DNA from: Candidatus Adlerbacteria bacterium RIFCSPLOWO2_01_FULL_51_16
Lineage (GTDB): Bacteria; Patescibacteriota; Minisyncoccia; Phycocordibacterales; SBAW01
NCBI GenBank assembly: GCA_001775485.1
Contig: MEWX01000014.1
Location: forward strand, 29,479 to 89,974
Direction of reading: 5' to 3'
Length of the DNA: 60,496 nucleotides
Below are positions 37,045 through 45,651 of the stretch, in pieces. Position 1 is the stretch's first letter. Each line of letters begins with the position of its first letter. Under the pieces are notes generated by a model. The model had not been told where the DNA came from. It ran no database searches and worked only from the letters and a program-made list of their open reading frames with translations. Made by a program: the position numbers and the translations under genes.

Positions 37045-39116
37045 GCTTCAACCATTATATAACCCTTTTTGCCCGGGAGACTCTGCCATATTTCCTCAGT
37101 AATAAAGGGCATAAAAGGATGCAAGAGCTTGAGCGAATTTTCAAGAATGTAGTGGAGCGTCTCGGCGTACTCGGGTTTGCCCTTGCTCTCTTCTATAATT
37201 TCTGCAGCAAAACGGTCCCAAAGATAATGATAAAGCTTTTCTGCAGCGAGATAGACGCGATAGTTTTCTATATCGTCGGTTACTTCGGCGGCGAGAGCAT
37301 CGAACTCTGTTTTTAATTCTTGTTTCAGTTCACCTCCGCGCACTTCCGAAAGCACAAACCGTGCAATGTTCCACAGTTTGTTGGCGAACAGTTTGTAGGC
37401 TCTGATTTTATCTTCTGAAAGAGCCATGTCCTGCCCCGGTGTGTTACCGACTAAAAATGCCATGCGCAGGGCGTCGGTACCGTACTGTTTAGTCACCGCA
37501 AGCGGATCTATGACATTACCTTTGCTTTTGCTCATTTTTTGTTTGTGCACGTCTCGCACAAGCCCGTGGAGGTACACGTCGCGGAAGGGGACCTCTCCAG
37601 TGCGGTAGAGCCCCAGCATAATCATCCGCATCACCCAAAAAAAGAGTATGTCATAACCCGTCTCCATGACCGAGGTCGGGTAATAGGTCTTGTAATCGGT
37701 GGAGTCAGGGTAGCCAAGCGTTGCAAATGGCCACTGACCGGAGGAGAACCAGGTGTCAAAGGTATCCGGGTCTTTACTCCAACCTTCGCCGGGCGATTCT
37801 TCTCCGATTTTGATTTCATCACCCTTAAACCACGCCGGTATTGGAATACCCCACACAATTTGTCGCGAGATATTCCAGTCCCGGAGATTTTGGAGCCAGT
37901 GGAAGAATATCTTTTTTTGAAAGTCGGGGAAAATGCGGATGTTTCCCCCCTCAACCGCTTCTTTTGCAAGGGCCGCAAGCGGTTCCATTTTTACGAACCA
38001 TTGTGGGATAATACGCGGCTCCAGAATATCGTTCTCGCTTTTGTAATTAACAACTATAGTGTGCGTGTAGCTCTCGTCTATTTTTTCGATAAGGCCTTTC
38101 TCTTGCAAATCTTTAACGACCGCCGCGCGTGCCTCCATTATTTTCATTCCCGCATATTTTCCGCATTTCTCGTTCAATTTTCCGTAGCGGTCTATCACTT
38201 CAACCACTGGCAAATTGTGCCGCTGCGCGATTTCGAAGTCGTTAGGGTCATGCGCGGGGGTGACTTTGATGATGCCGGTGCCGAATTCGGGGTCGACATA
38301 CTCATCTGCGACGACTTTTAACTTAACTAGGCCAATGAGCCCCTCAAACTCGATTTCTTTGCCTACCCATTCCGCATAGCGCTTATCTTTGGGGTTGACC
38401 GCGACAGCGGTGTCACCAAATTTTGTTTCCGGGCGCACGGTTGCAAGGGTGAACGGTCCGTACTTGAGATAATAGAGCGGGTCTTTGCGCTCTATTGCTT
38501 TGGTTTCCAGGTCAGAAAGGGAAGTCTGATACTTGTTCGACCAATTGACCGGCCGCGCTCCGCGATATACCAAACCGTCATCGTAGAGCTTTTTGAACGT
38601 GTCGTAGACCGTTTTTACAATGTCGGGGTCGAGCGTAAACTTTTCCCGACTCCAGTCGCAGGAGGCGCCGAGATCCCGTAGCTGGCCCTCCATAAACTTT
38701 TTATTTTCTAAAGTGAAGGCGAGCGTTTCTTTGTAGAATTCATCTCGCTCCATCTTGAAGCGTGAGCGGCCTTCTTTTTCTAACTTTTTCTCATATACGA
38801 GCTGTGTTTCAAAACCAGCGTGGTCGGCGCCAGGGAGCCAGAGGGCCTTATAGCCCCGCATGCGCTTATAGCGGATGAGAAGATCCTGGAGCGTTACAAA
38901 GAGGGCATGCCCAACGTGGAGCGAACCGTTGGCATTTGGCGGCGGCATAATGATGGTATAGGGCTCTTTTCGCTCCTGCTTCCTACCGTCAGTATCTTCG
39001 ATCGGTGGTAGTTTGTCGGGGTTGAAAAAGCCGCTTTCTTCCCAGCGCTTATATATCGCACCCTCGGTTGCCTGGTGGTCGTAGGGCTTCTTAAATTTCT
39101 CGGGCATAGAGGGCAT
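37029..39116 (-). CDS. valS: Valine--tRNA ligase (compact)
   Basis: PPPNANGSLHVGH, DWNISRQIVWG, DTWFSSGQWP, KMSKS and LHPFMPFITEE. Confidence 0.96.
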   Translation of the reverse strand: MPSMPEKFKKPYDHQATEGAIYKRWEESGFFNPDKLPPIEDTDGRKQERKEPYTIIMPPPNANGSLHVGHALFVTLQDLLIRYKRMRGYKALWLPGADHAGFETQLVYEKKLEKEGRSRFKMERDEFYKETLAFTLENKKFMEGQLRDLGASCDWSREKFTLDPDIVKTVYDTFKKLYDDGLVYRGARPVNWSNKYQTSLSDLETKAIERKDPLYYLKYGPFTLATVRPETKFGDTAVAVNPKDKRYAEWVGKEIEFEGLIGLVKLKVVADEYVDPEFGTGIIKVTPAHDPNDFEIAQRHNLPVVEVIDRYGKLNEKCGKYAGMKIMEARAAVVKDLQEKGLIEKIDESYTHTIVVNYKSENDILEPRIIPQWFVKMEPLAALAKEAVEGGNIRIFPDFQKKIFFHWLQNLRDWNISRQIVWGIPIPAWFKGDEIKIGEESPGEGWSKDPDTFDTWFSSGQWPFATLGYPDSTDYKTYYPTSVMETGYDILFFWVMRMIMLGLYRTGEVPFRDVYLHGLVRDVHKQKMSKSKGNVIDPLAVTKQYGTDALRMAFLVGNTPGQDMALSEDKIRAYKLFANKLWNIARFVLSEVRGGELKQELKTEFDALAAEVTDDIENYRVYLAAEKLYHYLWDRFAAEIIEESKGKPEYAETLHYILENSLKLLHPFMPFITEEIWQSLPGKKGYIMVEAWPLR

Positions 39117-39181
39117 GATAGCCCATTTTTTGGCTTTGTGGTATGGTTATTTTAGACACTTAAACGCAGAGAGGAATTCTC

Positions 39182-39490
39182 ATGCAAGCGAAAGCGCCGG
39201 AGTTTGGGCGATTTGAAAACTGGGTGGACCTGGTGTTGCCCTGGGGGGTCCATTTTCAGGTCAGCAAGCTCGACCTTGTTAAAACCCCCAAGGGGTATGA
39301 GCTCAAAAGCACGGAGCGTCCCATCCACGTGTACCCCGGACGCTGGCCTGTGCCGGCGGTCGACGATGAGCCCAACATCATCGATGGGGTAGCTGTTGAG
39401 GTCGACGAGGCAATCATTAGGGTTATCGACGAACGAGCGGGTATCCATAAATCCGGCACGGCGAGTTCCCAAGCGACACAAGCCGTCTAG
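39182..39490 (+). CDS. Hypothetical protein
   Basis: ORF with an AGAGGA SD-like site, filling the gap between valS and tsaD on the opposite strand. Confidence 0.5.
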   Translation: MQAKAPEFGRFENWVDLVLPWGVHFQVSKLDLVKTPKGYELKSTERPIHVYPGRWPVPAVDDEPNIIDGVAVEVDEAIIRVIDERAGIHKSGTASSQATQAV

Positions 39491-40620
39491 GCAGCAATAG
39501 AAAGATTCCCAACGGCGCGTATTTCCGCGCCGTTTTCTTTTTGTTTTCCCGAAAGTAAGCGGGCGAGCGCAGTTTGGGCGATCATTACCGCATTGTCGCC
39601 GGTTATGGAGAGCTCCGGCAGGCGAAATTCAACATCAGGAAATTCTTTTGTGATTAGATTTTGAAGCGACTCGCGCAAGTGTTTGTTTGCGGCAACCCCG
39701 CCGCCGATAACAAACGTTTGCGTCCCTGTTTCTTCAAGTGCGCGCCGCGTTTTTGCAACAAATACTTCCGTAACCGCATCTTCAAACTCGCGTGCGAACG
39801 CCGCTCTCTCTTTTTCAGTTAATTTTTTACCTCGCAATGCGTAAAGCGCGGCGGTTTTAAGACCCGAAAAAGATACGTCACAATTTTTGCTCGTGAGCAT
39901 GGGGCGAGGGAGCCGGAAAGAAGTGTCCTTGAGCAAATGGTCTGGCCCCGCCTCGCGACCTCGAAGAAAGGGAACGGGCGGGGAAACCCGAGGACCTTTG
40001 CGAGAGGATTCTTCTTGAAGGCGATGTTTTTCTGCAAGTTTGCTAATTTCGGGGCCGCCGGGGTAGGGGAGGCCGAGCATCCGTGCCACCTTATCGAAAC
40101 ACTCACCGACCGCATCATCCAAGGTCTCGCCGATAACCTCGTACTCAAACCACTCTTTCATTAACACAAATTCCGTGTGCCCGCCCGACACTAAAAGGGC
40201 TAACACCGGCAGTTTTATATTTTCCAGTCTTCCTTCTTGTGCCAAAGAGGAAATGAGGTGTGCCTCCATGTGGTTGATGGGGATCAGTGGCCTTTGCCAT
40301 TTTTTTGCCAAATCTTGTGCAAAGGTGATGCCTTGCCAGAGCGCGGGCTCAAGCCCCGGTCCATACGTCACCGCAATCGCATCTACCTCCTCTTTTTCAA
40401 ACTCTCTAAACAACAGAGGCAAGTTTTTCTGGTGCTCGCGCTTGGCGAGGTTAGGGTAGACGCCTCCATACTCGGCATGGAGATGTGCTTGCGAAAGGAG
40501 CGCGGCACGGAGTGTTTTAAATTCAAAATCAATCCCTCCTGTATCGGGATGTCGGGCAGAGCCCTCCACAACCGCTATTCCTGTTTCGTCGCACGAGGTT
40601 TCTACCGCGAGAACTTTCAT
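39487..40620 (-). CDS. tsaD: tRNA t6A threonylcarbamoyltransferase TsaD, with a ~33-aa insertion
   Basis: ETSCDET, GPGL, NHMEAH, SGGHT, DDAVGECFDK, SFSGLKT and GGVAAN. Confidence 0.95.
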   Translation of the reverse strand: MKVLAVETSCDETGIAVVEGSARHPDTGGIDFEFKTLRAALLSQAHLHAEYGGVYPNLAKREHQKNLPLLFREFEKEEVDAIAVTYGPGLEPALWQGITFAQDLAKKWQRPLIPINHMEAHLISSLAQEGRLENIKLPVLALLVSGGHTEFVLMKEWFEYEVIGETLDDAVGECFDKVARMLGLPYPGGPEISKLAEKHRLQEESSRKGPRVSPPVPFLRGREAGPDHLLKDTSFRLPRPMLTSKNCDVSFSGLKTAALYALRGKKLTEKERAAFAREFEDAVTEVFVAKTRRALEETGTQTFVIGGGVAANKHLRESLQNLITKEFPDVEFRLPELSITGDNAVMIAQTALARLLSGKQKENGAEIRAVGNLSIAA

Positions 40621-40826
40621 TTAGACCGCTCTTGCCACCAGGCCATAACAAACGCAACAAATCCTACCACACCAAGAATCCAGGAAATGAATCCAAGTGA
40701 GTCTGCGGTCGGATTGGAGAGAGCTTGCCACACCTCAGGCGGGATGGGCCAGGCAAAACTAATAAAACTTCCAATAAGAAATGCCGCCGAAAACAACGCC
40801 GCAGAAAGAAAATATGCGTTTTTCAT
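40617..40826 (-). CDS. Small two-TM protein
   Basis: Two hydrophobic segments; stop overlaps the tsaD start. Confidence 0.55.
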   Translation of the reverse strand: MKNAYFLSAALFSAAFLIGSFISFAWPIPPEVWQALSNPTADSLGFISWILGVVGFVAFVMAWWQERSK

Positions 40827-40867
40827 GACATGCGTAAAAACTATTAATAATTTTTATTCTACCACTT

Positions 40868-41002
40868 TTTGTGGTCACAAGTTCGCTTGCGCCAGCCGCG
40901 CAAGCGACCCGCGACCCCGGCTCGCGGCCACGCAGGTGCGTGGCAATGCTCCGCCTCGCACAAAGCAGAAAATATGCAGCAGTGCATATTTTCCGTCCTT
41001 TG
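40868..41002 (-). repeat. tRNA-linked structured repeat (terminator-like hairpin + GCGGAGC...CGAGCCGGGGTCGCG...TTGTGACCAC)
   Basis: Directly 3' of tRNA-Val; shares motif blocks with the units at 41854-42253. Confidence 0.7.
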
Positions 41003-41075
41003 TGCGCGGTGCAGGACTCGAACCTGCGACCCTCCCCACGTCAAGGGGATGCTCTACCAACTGAGCTAACCGCGC
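41003..41075 (-). tRNA. tRNA-Val(GAC)
   Basis: GCGCGGT/ACCGCGC acceptor and TCCCC-TTGACGT-GGGGA anticodon arm. Confidence 0.95.
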
Positions 41076-41109
41076 GTCAAAACACGATAGCAAAAAAGTG
41101 TGTACGTTG

Positions 41110-41538
41110 CTACTTTTGGGGAGACATTACCGGCTGAATCATCCCAAATATGTTACCCTCGGTATCTTTGTAGTAGCGCAGAAGCCCAACGCCGGGCACG
41201 TTCATTTTTTCGGTTTGGGGTTTTGCACCTGCCGCATCGGCTTTGGCGATATAGGCATCGATATCGTCAACGGCCACGATGCAGGTAAAAGCGTTTGGTG
41301 AGTGACCATCGGGCGGCAGGGGGGCATTGCGCTTCATCAGCCCACCATTGATGCCAACATTTTCCATAGTTACCTTCCCCTTAACTATCTCATCCGGCCC
41401 GGGGCCGGTTACAACAATGCGGTACCCGCCAAACCCTGGGCCTGTCTCAATAAACTTCCACCCGAACACTGACTCATAAAATTTCTGCGCCCGGTCGAGA
41501 TCATCTGCTTGGATCTCGAAATGTACTACTCGATTCAT
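41110..41538 (-). CDS. VOC/glyoxalase family protein
   Basis: VVHFEI..DD..RA..FY..VFGW, GINGG and DTEGN.FG. Confidence 0.92.
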   Translation of the reverse strand: MNRVVHFEIQADDLDRAQKFYESVFGWKFIETGPGFGGYRIVVTGPGPDEIVKGKVTMENVGINGGLMKRNAPLPPDGHSPNAFTCIVAVDDIDAYIAKADAAGAKPQTEKMNVPGVGLLRYYKDTEGNIFGMIQPVMSPQK

Positions 41539-41625
41539 ACAGTTATTTATTATTGGTAACTGAAGCAGTATAGCAAAACACCCAAAAAAATGTTATTTTG
41601 CTTCTGTTCTGAAGTGCCACATACT

Positions 41626-41712
41626 GGAGAGGTGGCTGAGTGGTCGAAGGCACCGCACTCGAAATGCGGCGTGGGGGAAACCTCACCGTGAGTTCGAATC
41701 TCACCCTCTCCG
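41626..41712 (+). tRNA. tRNA-Ser(CGA)
   Basis: GGAGAGG/CCTCTCC acceptor, CCGCA-CTCGAAA-TGCGG and a long variable arm. Confidence 0.95.
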
Positions 41713-41713
41713 C

Positions 41714-41785
41714 GGCCCCATCGTCTAACGGTTAGGACATCGGCTTTTCAAGCCGGTAATCGGGGTTCGATTCCCCGTGGGGTCA
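41714..41785 (+). tRNA. tRNA-Glu(TTC)
   Basis: GGCCCCA/TGGGGTC acceptor and TCGGC-TTTTCAA-GCCGG anticodon arm. Confidence 0.95.
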
Positions 41786-41853
41786 TGAATACAAAATGCC
41801 GGCTTCTGCCGGCCTTTTGTATTCACTATGATACCTGGGAGGTAAATCGAACC

Positions 41854-42253
41854 GCCGGAGCCGTGCCGCTTTGCGGCAGGCGAGGCGTGTCCCGCGGCAC
41901 TTATGAGCGAAGCGAATTTGTGACCGTCAGGATCGAATTCCCCGTGGGGTCACAAAAAGACACAAACATTCCGCCTGCGCGGAATTTTGTGCTTTTTGTG
42001 AAGCCGGAGCGTTGTTTTGCAATTGCAAAACCGCGAGGCGGGGGCTGCGTGCGAGTTTGCTGACGAGCAAACTCGACATGTGGCTCACAGATGACAGACG
42101 GAACCATGTTTTGCCAGCAAGCAAAACAGGTGAGTTGGGGCCGGCGACCTCGCTTGCGCGACGGCACAAGCGAGAGTTGTGGGCCACTTGTGACAATTAC
42201 GAGGCGGGGTCGCGAAATTCCTGAGCGACGGCGAAGAAATATTTGTGACCACA
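41854..42253 (+). repeat. Cluster of 3-4 degenerate ~75-95-nt structured repeats plus a duplicated tRNA-Glu 3' end (41933-41952)
   Basis: Units at ~41854-41926, 42003-42089, 42097-42187 and 42200-42253 share GnCGGAnC, CGAGGCGGGG and TGTGACC blocks. Confidence 0.7.
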
Positions 42254-42275
42254 GTCTGGTAGTATTCAAAATGTT

Positions 42276-42932
42276 ATGCAATCCGAACAACTGAAGCCTG
42301 AAGAATTTGACGCACATATAGCAAGCGGGACGTTTCGTCTTGCGTTTATAGGTATGTCTAATGCCGGCAAAAGCTACCGCTCAAAGACCTTGCATAAAGA
42401 AAAAGACTTTTTGTGGTACCAAGTGGATGAAGAGATTTGGAAGGCGCTCGGTTTTGACACCATAGCAGAGATTTCCTCATGGATCGGTTATCCGACCGAC
42501 GAAGGGTATGCCGAGCGCGAGCGGCAGTATCTCGAACTTGAAAATAAATTCACCGAGCGCGCGTCGATGCGCACAGGCGGCAAGAATTTTGTATTTGACA
42601 CGACAGGCAGTGTCGTCCACCTAGAACCGAAGACCCAGCACATACTGAAGGAAAACTGTCTTGTCGTGCACTTGGATGTGGGGGAGAGCGCGATCGAGCA
42701 TATGACGGAGAAGTTTTTTCTGCACCCAAAGCCGATCGCGTGGTGCGGTTATTTTTCCATGCAGCCGGCTGAATCAAAAGAAGAGGCGTTGCGGAGATGC
42801 TACCCCGAGCTTCTCCTAGAGCGGCTCAAGCGGTACCGGGAGTTCTCTCATATGACTATCAGAGCCAAAGAAGTGTACGACAAGTCGGGGGAGGAGACGC
42901 TCGCTATCATCAGAAATCACTTGGTACAATAG
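42276..42932 (+). CDS. P-loop kinase (shikimate-kinase-like)
   Basis: FIGMSNAGKS Walker A and DTTGSVV. Confidence 0.7.
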   Translation: MQSEQLKPEEFDAHIASGTFRLAFIGMSNAGKSYRSKTLHKEKDFLWYQVDEEIWKALGFDTIAEISSWIGYPTDEGYAERERQYLELENKFTERASMRTGGKNFVFDTTGSVVHLEPKTQHILKENCLVVHLDVGESAIEHMTEKFFLHPKPIAWCGYFSMQPAESKEEALRRCYPELLLERLKRYREFSHMTIRAKEVYDKSGEETLAIIRNHLVQ

Positions 42933-42936
42933 ACCC

Positions 42937-43332
42937 ATGTACCGCAAACTGCTCTCTTTTTTCGACAGGCTTGAGGACAAGATCCGTATTCGCTTGAGCC
43001 ACAGCCCCGTTCTCTACTCGCTCATTGGAGCAGTCGGTATTGTGCTCATCTGGAAGGGTGTGTGGGAGACAGCCGAGCTCTTCCCATGGCTCTTTGGCCC
43101 TGCCTCGGTGTTACTCGGCGTTATCATTCTTCTTGTGACAGGGCTCCTCGTTTCTTTCTTTATCGGCGACAGTATCATTATTTCAGGCTTCAAGCAGGAG
43201 AAAAAACTTGTCGAAAAGACGGGAGATGAGGTGAAATCGGAGATGGAGGTTTTAATAAAGATGGAGAAAAAGATTGAACATCTGGAGAAGGATGTTCATG
43301 AAATACAAGGGGAGAAACGCCGGATTATTTAG
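42937..43332 (+). CDS. Conserved membrane protein
   Basis: DRLEDKIRIRLS, two TMs (WKGVW, TGLLVSFFIG) and a coiled tail. Confidence 0.75.
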   Translation: MYRKLLSFFDRLEDKIRIRLSHSPVLYSLIGAVGIVLIWKGVWETAELFPWLFGPASVLLGVIILLVTGLLVSFFIGDSIIISGFKQEKKLVEKTGDEVKSEMEVLIKMEKKIEHLEKDVHEIQGEKRRII

Positions 43333-44251
43333 CCGCCCGCAAAAAGAAATAGATATCCTCAAGCGCCTTCACCGCATCGCCTGCGGCGATGTTGTTTTGA
43401 TGGTAGAGCTCGTCTGAGCAATCGCCCGCAGCCCAAACCCCTGCCATTGAGGTGCGCTGATTTTTGGCGTTCACTTTGACCCGACTCCACTCGTCGAGCT
43501 CTAGAAGCCCTTTTACAAAGTCGGTTGCGGGGACCATGCCGATTTCTACAAATACCCCCGAAGCGGGGATCTCTTGTGTCTCGCCGGTTTTATTGTTTTT
43601 AACCACAACGCCGGTTACAAATTTTTCTCCCCTGACCTCGGCGGGCTCTGTATTGATAAGGAGCTTCATGTTGGGATGAGCGAGTACTGCGTCGACGGTT
43701 GTTTTGTCAGCGCGGCTACACTCGGCACTCCGGTGAATGAGTGTCACCGACTTCGCGTAGGCCAAAAGCTGTGCTGCGGTTTCAAACCCGGCGTTCCCCC
43801 CGCCTATTACCACCGTATCCTGGCCGGAGAAAAGGGGTCCGTCACAGGAGGCACAGTAGGTAACGCCTTTATTTTCAAATTCGAGGGCTCCGGGAACCCC
43901 TAGCTTTTTGCGGGAACCACCGCTTGCGACAAGAACCGCTCTGGCCTTATGAATGCCCTTGTTTGTTCGTATCGAAAATTCATCTCCTGCTTTTTCTATC
44001 AACTCCGCCTTCTCCCCGATATGGAGCTCGACGATATCGTCCGCATAGGTCCGCATATGACCCTCAAGCGCTTTTTGGAACTCAAGTCCCGCGATGTGCG
44101 GTGTTCCTATCCAATTTTGGATATCTTGCGAGTCGGTTGATTGTCCGCCGATAACCTCGGCTATCAAAATAGTTTTGAGGCGCTTGCGCGCGGCATACAC
44201 TCCTGCGGCAACGCCTGCCGGTCCGCCGCCAATAATTGCTAGATCAAACAT
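43325..44251 (-). CDS. trxB: FAD-dependent thioredoxin-disulfide reductase (TrxB/AhpF-like)
   Basis: IIGGGPAG, YCASCDG, VIGGGNAG and WAAGD. Confidence 0.88.
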   Translation of the reverse strand: MFDLAIIGGGPAGVAAGVYAARKRLKTILIAEVIGGQSTDSQDIQNWIGTPHIAGLEFQKALEGHMRTYADDIVELHIGEKAELIEKAGDEFSIRTNKGIHKARAVLVASGGSRKKLGVPGALEFENKGVTYCASCDGPLFSGQDTVVIGGGNAGFETAAQLLAYAKSVTLIHRSAECSRADKTTVDAVLAHPNMKLLINTEPAEVRGEKFVTGVVVKNNKTGETQEIPASGVFVEIGMVPATDFVKGLLELDEWSRVKVNAKNQRTSMAGVWAAGDCSDELYHQNNIAAGDAVKALEDIYFFLRAAK

Positions 44252-44263
44252 CCAGACAGTATA

Positions 44264-44377
44264 CGCGAAGTAAAAACAAATCTGAAGGGCAATGATGTTG
44301 AGCGCGACTGGCGCGAAATGTAAGAATTTTCTAGCAAGAAAATTCTAGTGACCTGAAGACTTCGTTTTTGCGAAGCG
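44264..44377 (+). repeat. ~115-nt dispersed palindromic element, copy 1
   Basis: CGCGAAGTAAAAAC...AATTTTCTAGCAAGAAAATT...GACTTCGTTTTTGCGAAGCG; homologous to 49933-50042, 50051-50161 and 52913-53020. Confidence 0.7.
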
Positions 44378-44380
44378 TTC

Positions 44381-45532
44381 CTATTTGATTTTCGGGCGGC
44401 GCAAGAATGACGGCACCGCACCCCATTCATCTTCCTCCTCTTCTTTTGGTTTGGATGCGTGCTCCTCTTTCTTTTCTTCTTTTTCGCTAGGAGCAGGATA
44501 GACCTTGCCGATGGGAGATTCCTCTTTTTCTCCACGGCCAAACCCAAAGAGCGGGGTGCCGCGCGGCGCTATCCCTGCTGCAGGGAAACCGGTTGCAATA
44601 ACCGTAACGCGAACATCATTTTTCTTGAGTTTTTCGTCGCGAATAGCGCCGAAGATAATTTTGGCGTTTGAATCAACTGACTCGGTAATTACCTTAGCTG
44701 CCTCGTGTACCTCTATCATGCCGAGATCGTCGCCGCCGGCAATCGCAAAGAGGACCCCCTTGGCGCCGTTAATTGAGAGTTCAAGGAGGGGAGAGGAGAC
44801 CGCCGCGCGTGCCGCAACCTGGGCTCGATTTTCGCCGCTTGCGGTTCCAATACCCATGAGTGCCGAGCCGGCGTTCTCCATAACCGCGCGAATGTCGGCA
44901 AAGTCCACGTTGATGATACCGGGGTGGGTGATGAGGTCTGAGATACCTTCAACCGCCTGCATCAAAATATCGTCGCACATCGCAAAAGCCTGCTTCAGGG
45001 TTGTTTCTTTGGCGACGGTTGCGAGGAGCCGGTCGTTCGGTATTACGATCAAGGCATCCACTTCTTTGCGCAAATCATCGAGCCCTTGGTCGGCCAAACG
45101 CATACGCTGGGCTCCCTCAAAGGAGAAGGGTTTGGTAACAACGCCGACGGTAAGCGCTCCCATCTCTTTTGCCGTTTTTGCGACAACAGGTGCTGCCCCC
45201 GTGCCGGTTCCGCCTCCCATGCCGCACGCAACAAAAACCATGTCGGAGCCCTTGAGCGCCTGCTGGATTTCTTCCTTTGTCTCGTCGGCGGCGCGCTTGC
45301 CAAGCTCGGGGTTCATACCCGTACCCAGCCCCCTGGTCAAATTTTTGCCGATGTGAATTTTTTTCTTTGCTTGTGAGTGATGGAGATCCTGGGCATCTGT
45401 GTTTATTGCAATAAAATCAACGCCTCGAACTTTGCTCTCAACCATGTGGTTGACGGCGTTTTTACCCGACCCTCCGACTCCGACGACCCGTATGCGAGCG
45501 AATGCTTCAATCTCCGGTTGTAATTGCGCCAT
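44381..45532 (-). CDS. ftsZ: Cell division protein FtsZ
   Basis: [16 protein letters not shown] and C-terminal VPSFLRR. Confidence 0.99.
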   Translation of the reverse strand: MAQLQPEIEAFARIRVVGVGGSGKNAVNHMVESKVRGVDFIAINTDAQDLHHSQAKKKIHIGKNLTRGLGTGMNPELGKRAADETKEEIQQALKGSDMVFVACGMGGGTGTGAAPVVAKTAKEMGALTVGVVTKPFSFEGAQRMRLADQGLDDLRKEVDALIVIPNDRLLATVAKETTLKQAFAMCDDILMQAVEGISDLITHPGIINVDFADIRAVMENAGSALMGIGTASGENRAQVAARAAVSSPLLELSINGAKGVLFAIAGGDDLGMIEVHEAAKVITESVDSNAKIIFGAIRDEKLKKNDVRVTVIATGFPAAGIAPRGTPLFGFGRGEKEESPIGKVYPAPSEKEEKKEEHASKPKEEEEDEWGAVPSFLRRPKIK

Positions 45533-45651
45533 AAAGAAATTAGGTTGCCCTGATAAGCTGTAGCGAAACTACTGTATCATCTCGTATTTCCTTTGCAAAC
45601 CCCTCGCCCGAAGGAGCGGGTTGACAAAATTGAGCGGTGTTTTCTTTCTTG

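Noticed and set aside
40237..41064. 275-aa plus-strand ORF
   Set aside because: It overlaps tsaD, a small gene, a repeat and tRNA-Val on the opposite strand.
41785..42317. Several 67-138 aa ORFs downstream of tRNA-Glu
   Set aside because: They lie over GC-rich palindromic repeats and show no coding signals.
44505..45356. 283-aa ORF antisense to ftsZ, and similar antisense ORFs over groEL, gyrA, rnj, valS and ftsA
   Set aside because: These are shadow ORFs of well-conserved genes, with no motifs.
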